From contig NC_057719.1 in assembly GCF_004010195.1 (NCBI RefSeq), forward strand, positions 81,920,309 to 81,984,308: a DNA stretch of 64,000 bases, written 5' to 3'. The stretch is from Chiloscyllium plagiosum. Its lineage: Eukaryota. Positions 39,450 through 51,126 of the stretch are shown piece after piece (positions within the stretch are counted from its first letter, which is position 1; each line of letters opens with the position of its first letter). The position numbers were made by a program, and so were the translations under genes. The notes under the pieces were generated by a model that saw only the letters and a list, made by a program, of their open reading frames with translations, had not been told where the DNA came from and searched no databases.

Positions 39450-40360
39450 CATTAAAAACTAGGAGGAGTAGGCCATTTGATCCTTTGAGGCCTGCTCCAC
39501 CATTTAATAGAATAATGGCCGACCCTTTATCTCAATGCCATATTCCTACTTTCTCACAATATCCTCAATGCCTTTATTATTTAAAAATACATCTCTCTCT
39601 TTCTTGAATATATTCAGTGACTTGGTTTCAACAGCCTTCCGGGATTGAGAATTCCACAGGCTCACTATCCTCCGAGTGAAGAAGATATTTCTCATCTCAG
39701 TCCGAAATGGTCTACCCTTTATCCTGAAATTATGGTCCCTGGTTCTACACTCGCCAACCAGGGTAAAGATCCTCCCTGCATCTCGTCTGATCAGCCCTGT
39801 TAGAATTCATATATCTCAATCAAAGGTCTACTCATCCTTCTAAACTCTAGTGAATGGGGCCCCAGTCAAAGTAATCTCTCCTCACAGGACAGTCTTGTCA
39901 TCTCTAGTATTGGCCTTATAAATATCCACTGCACTCTGCATATGACAAGTATATCCTTTCTGAAGGAGACCAAAACTGCACACAATACTCCAGATGTGGT
40001 CTCACCAAAGCCTTGTATAACTGCCACAAGACATGCCTACTTTTGAACTCAAATCCTTTTGCAATGCAGGCTATTCTGCTTTTCTAATTGCTCCACTTGC
40101 CTATCTACTTTAATTGACTAGTGTATCTTGGCTCATCCACACTTCCCAATATATCACCAATTAAATAGTACACTGCCTTTCTGCTTTCCACACTGAAGTG
40201 CGTAATTTCACATTGAGCCTCACTGTGCTGCATCTGCCATGTGCTGCCCACTCACTAAACTTGTCTAAAAGACCTTCACATCTCCTTGCATCCTCCTCAC
40301 AACTCACAATTCTGTCTAGTTTTGCATCATCAGCAAACTTGCAAATGTTGTATTTGGTTC
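39450..40360 (-). mobile_element. CR1 3' portion, degenerate (family of 1-850)
   Basis: aggagtaggccatt... and ggagaccaaaactgcacacaatactccagatgtggtctcacc (reverse of [15 protein letters not shown]). A similar copy is at ~42150-42995. Confidence 0.8.
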
Positions 40361-41060
40361 CCTAATGAATTATTTCTCCGAAATGGACTATTTTTTTTCC
40401 CCAATAGTTTTTAAATGTTGACTGGGGGAACAATCTGTGTGTGAGCTGAAGTCAGAAATAACAATGCTTGGAAAAACAGCAATTTTTTGCTCAGGCCCCC
40501 AGAGTTGACTCGAACACTCCAAGGGCAAGGACGGTCAGGTGAAATAGATCCTAAAGCTCATTCTACACTGCCCCATTAAGTATTCCCAGACTTGGAAATA
40601 TACAGATTTGTGTGCAGAATAAATACTACCAAAGACCAGTTGGGCCAAAAGGCCTGTATATTCTTCATAATTCTGGTGATGATAAGTAAAATACTGACAG
40701 ATTAGAACTGATGTGAGCTGGCCAAGTTAACAACATCACGAGAATTAAAATTAAGGTTAGAACTGTTTTCATGCAGACAGCAGTTATAACATGAAAGTTG
40801 CAGCTATTGACCATAACTGAAGCAATGTTCATCGATTCCGCCATTAAACAGTGACAGCATCTCTTGAAAGTGAGACACATTAGAAGGTATGAAGTTAAAA
40901 AACACAAGAAAGTAAAATTAGACTTCATGGTGAAAAACACCAGCATCAACAAAGTCAACCCAAACAAAAACAATCTGAAAGGGATTGTCGAAGATAATTC
41001 TCTTCAGTTGTTGTTGAAGTGTGGCAAAGAAAGAGTGGGTTAAACTAAGATGGCCCTCAC

Positions 41061-41240
41061 CAAAATAGCTGACATATTCCTTCCAGCAGATGCCAGGACA
41101 CGGGTAAGTTTCATGGCAGCTGCAACTGGCACACCGTGGGTATTAGTTATCAGCTCGCCTGATCTCGGGGTCTGGATGTTCCAGGTAGATGGCAGAAATT
41201 CCGAAACAATAGTCTCCAGCAACCTCGGGCACCCCAGAAT
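41061..41240 (-). CDS. RPAP1: RPAP1 coding exon
   Basis: cacccag|ATT...TTG|gtgagg. ILGCPRLLETIVSEFLPSTW...AMKLTRVLASAGRNMSAIL. 180 nt. Confidence 0.96.
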
Positions 41241-41906
41241 CTGGGTGAAGAAGAAAGGCAGATAGCTGGAGATCAAAGAAACAATCTTCTATAAACAACC
41301 TTTGAACCTTTTAATAGTTTTTACAGAGACACTTTGAAGACAGTAAAGCGACCCTGATCAATGCAGCCCATCTCATACAATTTGAACACCGTGTGCACGT
41401 CACAACATAAATTCTCCTTTCCAATTCAAACCATGAGACTTCCAGAGAGAAATGGGAAACTATATACAAATCCAGGCCAACTTGGTGAGGAGGGGAGAGG
41501 TATCAAAGGGAGGGAGGGAGATCTGAGAATCTTCTCTTTGCCTGAGCTTGGGAGCCAGGAGATCATTCTGGCGTTGAATTTCCAACATGTACCTTGACAC
41601 ATGTAACTTCAGAACTTAGTTTCAAAGAACCTCAGGGAAATTCTCCCGATGTCTCAGTCGACATATATCCCTCAATCTGCATCACTAGATTTTAGCGTCA
41701 TTGATAAACGTGGTGATCGTGGGAGTTTGCAAGGGAGAAATTGGCTACTGCAATTGCTACATTACAAAAGCAATTCAGTGGCTTTAAAGTGTTTTGGGAT
41801 GTTTTGATATACAACAAGCATTCTAGAAATGCAACCTCGTACTTCAGAATTGTCACTTCCAGAGCTGTTGACTAACGATAGCAATTACTGACAGTAAATT
41901 GCTTAC

Positions 41907-42041
41907 CTGATTACAAGCCTCAGAGGAGTGCCTTGCTATACGAGTCAAGATCTCCAATATATCAAGAGTGACCGAGGCGACTGGTCGAACAACCTCGAGG
42001 ATATAACGTAAACGCTGAAGCACTTTCATCTTCAACAAACC
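41907..42041 (-). CDS. RPAP1: RPAP1 coding exon
   Basis: aatcag|GGT...CAG|gtaagc. GLLKMKVLQRLRYILEVVRPVASVTLDILEILTRIARHSSEACNQ. 135 nt. Confidence 0.96.
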
Positions 42042-43811
42042 CTGATTCAGGGCAAAGAATAACAGAGAAATATTGGACATCAGACAAGCGAGATTCTACT
42101 TTGAGCATAGTTGGCAAACTGGCACAGTTTAAGTGAAATTTAGACCATAAAACTATAAGATAAGGAAGCAGAATTAGGTCATTCAATCATTGCTGACCTA
42201 TTTCTCAACTCCATTCTCCTGCTTGCTTCACATAACTATTGACTATCTTTCTAATCAATAAACTATCCATCTCTATCTGACCTGGCCTCCACATCTGTCT
42301 GCAGCAATGGGTTTCATAGATTCCTCATTGTCTGGCTGAAGAAATTCCTCCTTGTCTCATTTCTAAAGGATTCTCCTTCAATCTGAGGATGAGCCCTCAG
42401 GTCCTATTCTCTCTAACAGTGGAAACATCATCCTCTTTATTCTGTAAGTTTCAATGAGACTCCCTCCCACCCTTCTACACTCCATCAAGTACAGACCCAG
42501 ACTCCTCATATTATAAGTCGTTCATCCCCAGGATTATTCCTGCGAACGTCTTCTGAACTTCCTCCAAGGTCAGCACATCCTCCCTCAGATGCAGGGCAAA
42601 ATATTCCAAATATGGTCTGACCAGAGCCTTATACAGCCTCCATAGTACATCTCTGCTCTTGTATTCTTGAAATGATGGCTACCATTGCATTTGCCTTCCT
42701 AACTGCCAAATGAACCTGCATGGTAAGAGGATCCTGGCCTAGAACTCCAAAAGTCCCTTTGTGCTTCAGATTTCTGACACTTTTCCTTATTTAGAAAACA
42801 GTCTATGTCCCTATTCTTCCTACCATGCATAGCCTCACACTTTCCCACATTATATTCAATCTGCCACTTCTTTGCCCACTCTCCTAGCTATCCAAGTCCT
42901 TCTGCAGTCTCCCCACTTCTTTAGCAGTACCAGTCCCTCCACCTGTATTTGTGTCACCTACAAGCTTCCCAATAATGTCCTCAGTGCCTTCATCCAGTTT
43001 TGTGTGCTTTTGAGATTATCAGGGAAATTCTATGAACACAAATTTTGAAATAACTTTCACAAGAGGTAAATGCAATGTCTTGCAGCAAATAGTTTTGAGT
43101 CTAAAATGCACTGCCTGGCAGTGTGGTGGAGGCAAATTCACTTAGATCATTCAAGATAGCATTGGATGCTTCTCCAAATATAGAAACTACATGCAGAGAG
43201 CTATGGGGAAAAAGCAGGAGAACAGCACAAAATTATTGTTTGTTTGTTTGGGTAGCTGTTACAAATACAATGGATCAATTGGCTTCCTTATGTTTTGCAT
43301 CATAACAATTCTGTTATTCATTGTTCCCAGGTCAATGCACAGATGCTGCCTGACCATGCTGCATAAGATGTTTGTGGGAGCTGGCTTTGTGCAAATTCAC
43401 TGTTACGCCTCTGACATGACAACAAAGCGACCATACTTGGAAGTGACTGAATTGGCCATAAAGATCTTTTACATGTCCTAAGGGTGTGAAAGACACTATC
43501 AAATAACAAATCTCGTGTAAACCACATAATTCAAATTCATAATGCAATTAAGGCTGAGAATTAACCAAAAGGTTGAACCTGTAGCATATGATTAATTGTT
43601 AAAAGACCAACTCCTCTCCCTACAATCTACCCCGAAAATCAGCTTGCTCACAGGCCTCTCCGCTCCAACAACTTCAAAGGAGTTCTTTTTCTGTAAGCTC
43701 TGTGATACAACCCTGTTAATTACACACAATCCAACATGATGCAGGTCAAGGATGGTGGAGTGGCAGTGGGTAACAAGTTCAAATGGACATAGCTGCCACC
43801 TATGAATGGAT

Positions 43812-43980
43812 AAGATTAGATTAGATTAGATTACTTACAGTGTGGAAACAGGCCCTTCGGCCCAATAAGTCCACACCGACCCGCCGAAGCGCAACCCACC
43901 CAGACCCCTACATTTACCCCTTTAACCTAACACTACGGGCAATTTAGTATGGCCAATTCACCTGACCCGCACATCTTTGG
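43812..43980 (-). mobile_element. 5'-truncated V-SINE
   Basis: (gatta)n plus cttacagtgtggaaacaggcccttcggccc; short flanking repeat tggataag. Confidence 0.8.
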
Positions 43981-44103
43981 ATAAGGGTGCGATAAAAACC
44001 CAAGTCAAGACCCTGGTCTAATGGCCTTAAATGAATTATTCTGTACCATATGAAACACTGAAATGTCTCTGTAAAGAAATGCAAGATGTTTAAAGGACAT
44101 TAC

Positions 44104-44295
44104 TTTCACTGCATCAGCACGAGCAACATCTGGGTCTGCTTTCTTATCCTCCTTGGACTTGGATTTTTCATTTTCTTTCGCCTTCAGCTCCTCCTCCTCC
44201 TCATCATCATCATCCTCATCATCCTCCGCTTCATTAGGTCGAAGGGGAAATACTGAAGCTCCTAAGTACCAGCAGAAGGTCCTGTCGAGATATTC
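44104..44295 (-). CDS. RPAP1: RPAP1 coding exon (acidic tract)
   Basis: ccctgcag|GAA...AAA|gtaatg. EYLDRTFCWYLGASVFPLRPNEAEDDEDDDDEEEEELKAKENEKSKSKEDKKADPDVARADAVK. 192 nt. Confidence 0.95.
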
Positions 44296-44579
44296 CTGCA
44301 GGGAAAGGGCTCATGTTTATTCGCAGCAATTGGGTCAGTCTATTTAACTTTTCCACACATACTGCGACTGGCGCAAAAAAAAATGTTTTGCAGACTCTGA
44401 GGAGAACAGAATATGTGACGCGTATTGCTTCACAATCTTATTTTAAGGCCAAGCCACCAGCCCAGTCTTGTAGGAGCGTTGCAGAGAGATTGAGTGACTG
44501 CCATTTAAAGTGATAGCATGAGGCAAACAATTACCAGTTAAGAAAAACACCAGTGTGGCCCTCTCTCACAAACTAAAAC

Positions 44580-44935
44580 CATGAGGGACATGGATAGGGT
44601 AAATAGACAAGGTGTTTTCCCTGAGTTGGGGAAATCTAGAACTAGACAGCATAAATTTAGGGTGAGGGGAAAAGATTTAAAAGAGACCTAAGGGACAACT
44701 TTTTCACGCAAAGGGGTGGTACGTGTATGGAAATCAGCCGCCAGATGAAGTGGTGGAGGCTGGTACAATTAAAACATTTAAAAGGCATCTGGATGGGTAT
44801 ATGATTAGGAAGGGTTTAGAGGGATATGGGCCAAATGTTGGCAAATGGGACTAGATTAGTTTATGATATCTGGTTGGCATGGATGAGTTAGACCAAAGGA
44901 TCTGTTTCCGTGATGTACATCTCTATGACTCTATG
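44580..44935 (+). mobile_element. Young CR1 3' fragment
   Basis: Same 3' end as 7822-8242; ends ctctatgactctatga. Confidence 0.88.
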
Positions 44936-46469
44936 AGTATATGATAACTGCACTTCAGGTTCTTTTGAAGGAAATTGAAGCTGCCCCTCACAACTCCTAA
45001 TTCTGGAACTACCCTCCAAACTGATCTAATTTCTCTGCCTTTGTTACAGATCATTCCTCTTCCACCTCCTTCTTCAACTTCCTCCATCCACTCGGTTTCC
45101 TTCCTCAATACTTGTTTCCTCCAGCCTTCCCTTTGCTCTCCTTCCATCCCAACTACTTCCATTCTCCCTTCCATCCCCATCTCTCTCTCAGGTAAACCTC
45201 CTTCTGAATTACCCTTTCTTCTCTTTCTGTGTCTGTCTTGCTCCGAACACTCCAGCCTCTTTACTTTGAAGCCTCCCCCACCTCCCCGCCTCCCCCACCT
45301 CCCCTCATCCCCACCTCCCCTCCTCCCCCCCTCCACCTCACTCAACAGCTGCCTCTCCGCTTCCAACCAGCTACCTTCTTTCAAAGGTCTGGTTATAGCA
45401 TTGAAGACAAGAAAGCTGACAGGACATTAGCTGACAAAAGGGTCCAGGACAGAGTAGACAGGGAGAAACTGTTCACACTTGTAAAAGGATTGGAAATGAG
45501 AGGGCACAGATTCAAAGTGAATTGCAAAAACAAAATTACATATGAGATGAGAAAATATACTTTCACACTTCAAGCAGTTGGATCTTCAATGCACTGCCTG
45601 GAGGTGGTGGAGGTAAGTATGATTGAGGCATTCAAGAAGGCACTGGATGACTATTTAAATAGGTTAAATGTGCATGGATATGTGGAAATGGCACTGGGTC
45701 ATAATGGCTATTTGGACAGCCAGTGCAGAAACGAATGGCTAAATAGCCTCCTCTGTGGTATTTCTGTGATTTCTCTCTCAGCTCCTGACTGCACATGTTG
45801 CTTGATCTGAAACTGCACTTGCTTCCAGTGCCTCAGGGACAGTGCAGAAAGAGACAGAACACATTTGCCTGTCGCCTTTCAAGACACTAAGTCCACAGAT
45901 AATCCAGCGCAGTGTAAAATAAACTTGACAATCCTGGAAGACTGGAACCCAATTTAAGAGTCATCCAGCTGGTGGGGTGTAAACTCAGGTTAATGGAGGT
46001 CAGCAATGGATTAGAAGCCCCTCTCAAGGCAGTTACTGTGCACGGCGAACAGGCAGACCTGGAGATTTGGAGGCCCACGCATCACTCTAAGGTGGCTGAT
46101 GTTGTGAGAGCCTGGAGCTATGAGGGTGTGAAAGGGATTCAGCAAACTACCAGGGAAAAACTCTAACTGCATAATAGAAGTGCTGCATGCACATCATAAG
46201 GGAATGTGATGCAGCAAAGCAAAACATCCAACGGCCTGCGTTTACTCGATGTAAGCAGGAAAGGGGAGTTGCAGGAGCTCCTTTCTGCATTTGAATGCAA
46301 TGAATGGACACACCACTTCGACAGAGAGCAGTCCAAAGCAATTAGTAGAAGAAAAGCAAGCATGTACCAGCACAGAAAAGCCAGGTAAGACAACACTGAG
46401 GTTTCAGAGGAATAGCCTCGGCTTTCAACCCCCATGCCAAAGGTCACAGACACACAACTTATGTGGGGG

Positions 46470-46720
46470 CATTGGTCAGTGAGAGCAATTATCTAAGAGG
46501 GTCAGTAACTGTGGGAATAATATGAGAGGGTCATTGATTGTGGGAGTTATATCCGAAAGTGTCAGTGGTCGTGGGAGTGATTTCTGAGAGGGTCATTGAC
46601 AATGGAACGAATACCTGAGAGGATGACTGACTGTGGATTTAATACACGAGAGGTTCGATGATTTTGGCAGCAATATCCCAGAGGGTCAGTGATTGTGGGA
46701 ATAATAATAAATAGGTCAGT
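46470..46720. repeat. Degenerate minisatellite (~31-33 nt unit)
   Basis: Recurring gagagggtca(g/t)tga(t/c)tgtggga..aat units. Confidence 0.7.
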
Positions 46721-47012
46721 TCCTGAGGAATTGATTTGAAACGTCAGAGCAGGTTTGTTTGTCTGAGTAAACAGAGTGAACTTCAATATAAGAGATGCCA
46801 GAAGTCTGAAGAGCACCCTGTAATCATGCAGTCGCACAGGGCAGTTACAGACTGGGCGTGATCTGAATATTAGTTACCCTTCACTCAACTCTATACCCAG
46901 TAACTGGTTGAAGCTACACCAAGCCACAGCTGTACAAATACATCCCAGGAGTCAAGATGCACACGATCAAGTTCTCAAACACCAAACATGCTTGAAGGGT
47001 CAGGATTCTTAC

Positions 47013-47180
47013 CTCATCGGACAGGGAGACTAGAAGTGCTTTCAGGGTCTGGACACAAGCAGCGATCACATTTTCCACACTGTCATCCAGTGAGAACCGC
47101 AGGAGAAACAGGAGACCAGCATCCAGGAGCATTCGCAAGATACTGTACTTAAGCGAGGAGGAAAAGTCACCAGCTTTTGC
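47013..47180 (-). CDS. RPAP1: RPAP1 coding exon
   Basis: ttaccag|GCA...GAG|gtaag. [56 protein letters not shown]. 168 nt. Confidence 0.96.
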
Positions 47181-47418
47181 CTGGTAAAGTAACAGAACAA
47201 AAACTCAATGTAAGGGCACCACACAACTCATAACCACTCATTTGGCTTCCTTTGAAGCCACCCCCTTTCAATTCGCTTGTCTAATCTCCCACAAAACTGC
47301 CTATGGTATGGACCCCGTGATACCTTGTCATGTAACCACTTTTCAGGAGTGAACTGTGACTATATGCATCTGTGCACTGCTTGATAATGAGTCACCAAGA
47401 TTGACCAGAATACAATTC

Positions 47419-47544
47419 CTGAAGAAGGGCTTATGCCCGAAACGTCGATTCTCCTGTTCCCTGGATGCTGCCTGACCTGCTGCGCCTTTCCAGCAACACA
47501 TTTCCAGCTCTGATCTCCAGCATCTGCAGACCTCACTTTCTCCT
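47419..47544 (+). mobile_element. Single-arm copy of the hammerhead-bearing mini-element
   Basis: Begins ctgaagaagggcttatgcccgaaacgtc and ends tttctcct; target-site duplication ccagaatacaattc at 47405-47418 and 47545-47558. Confidence 0.82.
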
Positions 47545-48024
47545 CCAGAATACAATTCTTGCCTAAAGTCTGCACCACCGCATTCTCCACAAGTTTTTGT
47601 CTATGGGATCGTGCCATGTCTAAATTGAGTTTTGCGATGCCTACATAACAGGTTGATGCATTTGAAGGTCAAAATTTGAGACAATCGGTCTGGCTTTGTA
47701 GTATTACAGTCACTGAAACACCTCTCAGTCATGGTGACACCCCACAGTATGCAGGATGTAACAAAAAAACTAAGAGGCAGCGACCAAGTGAGAGAATGAG
47801 AGAGCGAGAGAGCGAGAGAAATAGTAACAGGAGTACGTGGAAACAGAAGAAAGCGTATGAGAGAGTTGGAGAAAAAAAGGCAGATATAGAGAGAGAAAGC
47901 AGGGAAATTAGGTTATGTTGTTTGTGCGAGAGGTAAGAGCAAGAAAGAAATTGCGAGAAAGAAATGCGTACATGCAGGAGTAAATGACTTTGAGTGAGAA
48001 AATGTGAGAGTGCACAACAGTGAC

Positions 48025-48962
48025 TAGAACATAGAACATAGAAGAATACAGCGCAGTACAGGCCCTTGGGCCCTCGATGTTGCGCCGATCCAAGCCCACC
48101 TAAACTACACTAACCCACTATCCTCCATATACCTATCCAATGCCCTCTTAAATGCCCATAAAGAGGGAGAGTCCACCACTGTTACTGGCAGGGCATTCCA
48201 TGAACTAACGACTCACTGAGTGAAGAACCTACCCCTAACACCAGTCCTATATCTACCCCCCCTTAATGGTGGCCCAGGGACAAGCACCAACGCAGACTCA
48301 CCTCAGATCCCACGAGACTCTACCTTTTGTAGCAGCCTGCCGCCTAAACTGCACACAATATTCCAGATGCGGTCGTACCAGAGTCTTATACAACTGCATC
48401 ATGACCTCAGGGCTCCGGAACTCAATTCCTCTACCAATAAAAGCCAGTACGCCATATGCCTTCCTCACCGCACTATTTACCTGGGTGGCAACTTTTAGAG
48501 ATCTGTGTACATGGACACCAAGATCCCTCTGCTCATCCACACTACCAAGTATCCGACCATTAGCCCAGTACCCCATCTTTTTGTTATTCTTCCCAAAGTG
48601 AATCACCTCACACTTAGCTACATTGAATTCCATTTGCCACCTTTCTGCCCAGCTCTGCAGCTTCTCTATATCCTGCTGTAACCTGCCACATGCTTCCTCA
48701 CTGTCAACAACTCCTCCGACTTTCGTATCATCCGCAAACTTGCTCACCCAACCTTCTAACCCCTCTTCCAGGTCATTTATAAAAATGACAAACAGCAATG
48801 GTCCCAAAACAGATCCTTGCGGAACACCGCTAGTGACGGCACTCCATGAAGAAACTTTGCCATCAACTACTACCCTCTGTCTTCTTCCATCCAGCCAATT
48901 CCTAATCCAAACCTCCAACTCACCCTCAATGCCATATCTCCGTATTTTCTGCAGTAGCCTAT
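48025..48962 (-). mobile_element. CR1 RT fragment and 3' end, with an internal deletion
   Basis: ORF 48298-49011 contains GVPQGSVLGPLLFVIFINDL, KFADDTK and [12 protein letters not shown]; (tatgttc)n tail at ~48025-48045. Confidence 0.92.
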
Positions 48963-49098
48963 TAGTGAGATGGAAAGTGAGAAAGTGGATCGAACGGATG
49001 TTAAGCCCCAAGCATCAGAAGAAGGGGGTAATCACCAAGTATTTATGGTGTGAAGACCCACACATAAGGAAGTGGAAGAGGAGCAAAGCAGTGAAGGT

Positions 49099-49318
49099 CT
49101 GAAAATGTGTTGCTGGAAAAGCGCAGCAGGTCAGGCAGCATCCAAGGAACAGGAGAATCGACGTTTCGGGCATGAGCCCTTCTTCAGGAATCCTGAAGAA
49201 GGGCTTATGCCCGAAACGTCGATTCTCCTGTTCCTTGGATGCTGCCTGACCTGCTGCGCTTTTCCAGCAACACATTTTCAGCTCTGATCTCTAGCATCTG
49301 CAGACCTCACTTTCTCCC
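49099..49318 (+). mobile_element. Palindromic Penelope-related mini-element with hammerhead cores on both strands
   Basis: ~90 bp near-perfect inverted arms plus ~37 nt tail; target-site duplication caaagcagtgaaggt at 49084-49098 and 49319-49333. Confidence 0.85.
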
Positions 49319-49792
49319 CAAAGCAGTGAAGGTGCATGGGATCCCAAACCCTGTGAACAGCCTGTCAATCACTTCAAGGGTACAAACAGTCCTAGTGAAA
49401 GAGCAAATTAAAATGCTGCTGCAGGAAACACTTCTATTTTGGTAAATGCCTAAAATCACAAAAAATATCTGTTTGCTTTGACACATTTGATCAAATTATG
49501 CGGCTGCTTTGAAATTTTATTGGCAAATTGCACTGTAACCATGGCAACAATGATATTTTCTATGAATCTCATTAAAATAGTAAGTGGAATAACTGAATAA
49601 TGGAGTCAGACACGCTCCACAGACTGTCAATTCCACTCCTGAATTCACCACCTTCTGCTGCTTTTGCACAAAGGTGAACATTACCTTGCTGATTCTGTTA
49701 AATCCCCAAAACTTGTTTCCCTCCTATTGTCCTTTATGTCCTCTCTCAGTTTAGCTGGACCAGCTCCTGCACCTTTGACCTCTACATAAACA

Positions 49793-50412
49793 GGCGGCTT
49801 GGTGGTTCAGTGGTTAGCACTGCTGCCTCACAGCACCAGGGATTCCACCTTCAGCCGACTGTGTGTGTGGAGTTTGCACATTCTCCCTGTGTCTGCATGG
49901 GTTTTTCCAGGTGCTCTAATTTCCTCCCATAGTCCAAAGATGTGCAGGCTAAGTGGGTTAGCCATGGGAAATACAGGGTTGATTAGATTAGATTAGATTA
50001 CTTACAGTGTGGAAACAGGCCCTTCGGCCCAACAAATCCACACCAACCCACCGAAGCGCAACCCACCCATACCCCTACATTTACCCCTTCACCTAACACT
50101 ATGGGCAATTTAGCATGGCCAATTCACCTGACCTGCTCATCCTTGGACTGTGGGAGGAAACTGGAGCACCCGGAGGAAACCCACACAGACACGGGGAGAA
50201 TGTGCAACTCCACACAGTCAGTAGCCTGAGGCGGGAATTGAACCCGGGTCTCTGGCGCTGTGAGGCAGCAGTGCTAACCACTGTGCCACCGTGCCACCCA
50301 CCAACAGGGATAGGGTGGGAGGTAGGTCTGGGTGGGACATTTTTTTGGAGGGTTAGCGTAAATCCACTGGGTCAAATAATCTTCTTCTGCACTGTAGGAT
50401 TTCTATGACTCT
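49793..50412. mobile_element. V-SINE (+) interrupted by a younger V-SINE (-, ~49981-50298)
   Basis: Plus-strand head and V-domain at 49793-49980, a full reverse copy, then the plus-strand tail ending ctatgactct. Confidence 0.8.
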
Positions 50413-50497
50413 ACACGTTGCCATGGTCAACAAAAAGGTCCTCCCCCAATGCTTTTCTGAGTTTGAGTTGTCAGGGCATTGGATAGGATGGGACGTT

Positions 50498-51126
50498 TTT
50501 CCCTGCAGCGTGGAAGGCTGAGGGGTAACCTTATACAAGTTTATAAAATCATGAGAGGCAAGGATATGGTGAATAGCCAAGGTCTTTTCCCCAGGATAGG
50601 AGAATCCAAAACCAGATGGCATAGGTTTAAGGTGACAGGGGACAGATTTAAAAGCGACCTGAGGGGTAACGTTTTCACACAGGTGGTGGTGTGTGTATGG
50701 TACGAGCTGCCAGAGGAAGTGGTAGAAGTGGGAACAATTACAACATTTAAAATACATTTGGGAGAGGAGGAAAAGCAGCGAAGGTGCATGGGATCCCAAA
50801 CGCTGTGAGCAGTCTGTCTATCACCTCAACAACACAAACAATCCTAGTTGTGCCTTGTGAAAGATTGGAATTAAAATTCTGTTGCAGCAAACACTTCTTT
50901 TTTGGTACATGCCTAAAAATCACAAAAAAATCTTTGTTTGCCACATTTGATCAAATTTGATCAAAATTGCAGTGTAATGTATCAATAAAATTGGAAACCT
51001 ACATGGATAGGAAAGATTTATAGGGAAACGGACCAAACGCAGGCAAATGGGGCTCGTTCAGTTTTGGAAACCTGGTTGGCATGGACGAGTTGGGCCAAAA
51101 AGCCTGTTTCCATGTTGTATGACTCT
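50498..51126 (+). mobile_element. CR1 3' fragment interrupted at ~50761-50990
   Basis: RLRGNLIQVYKIMRG...FTQVVVCVWYELPEEVVE..TFKIHL, then resumes tacatggataggaaag...tgtatgactct. Confidence 0.8.

Noticed and set aside
44185..44230. GAT/GAG triplet run as a repeat expansion
   Set aside because: Encodes the acidic tract that RPAP1 orthologues carry at this position; the length is unremarkable.
44923..45430. Glu/Gly/Arg-rich and Pro/Ser-rich ORFs
   Set aside because: Polypurine/polypyrimidine low-complexity tract with no supporting splice or homology evidence.
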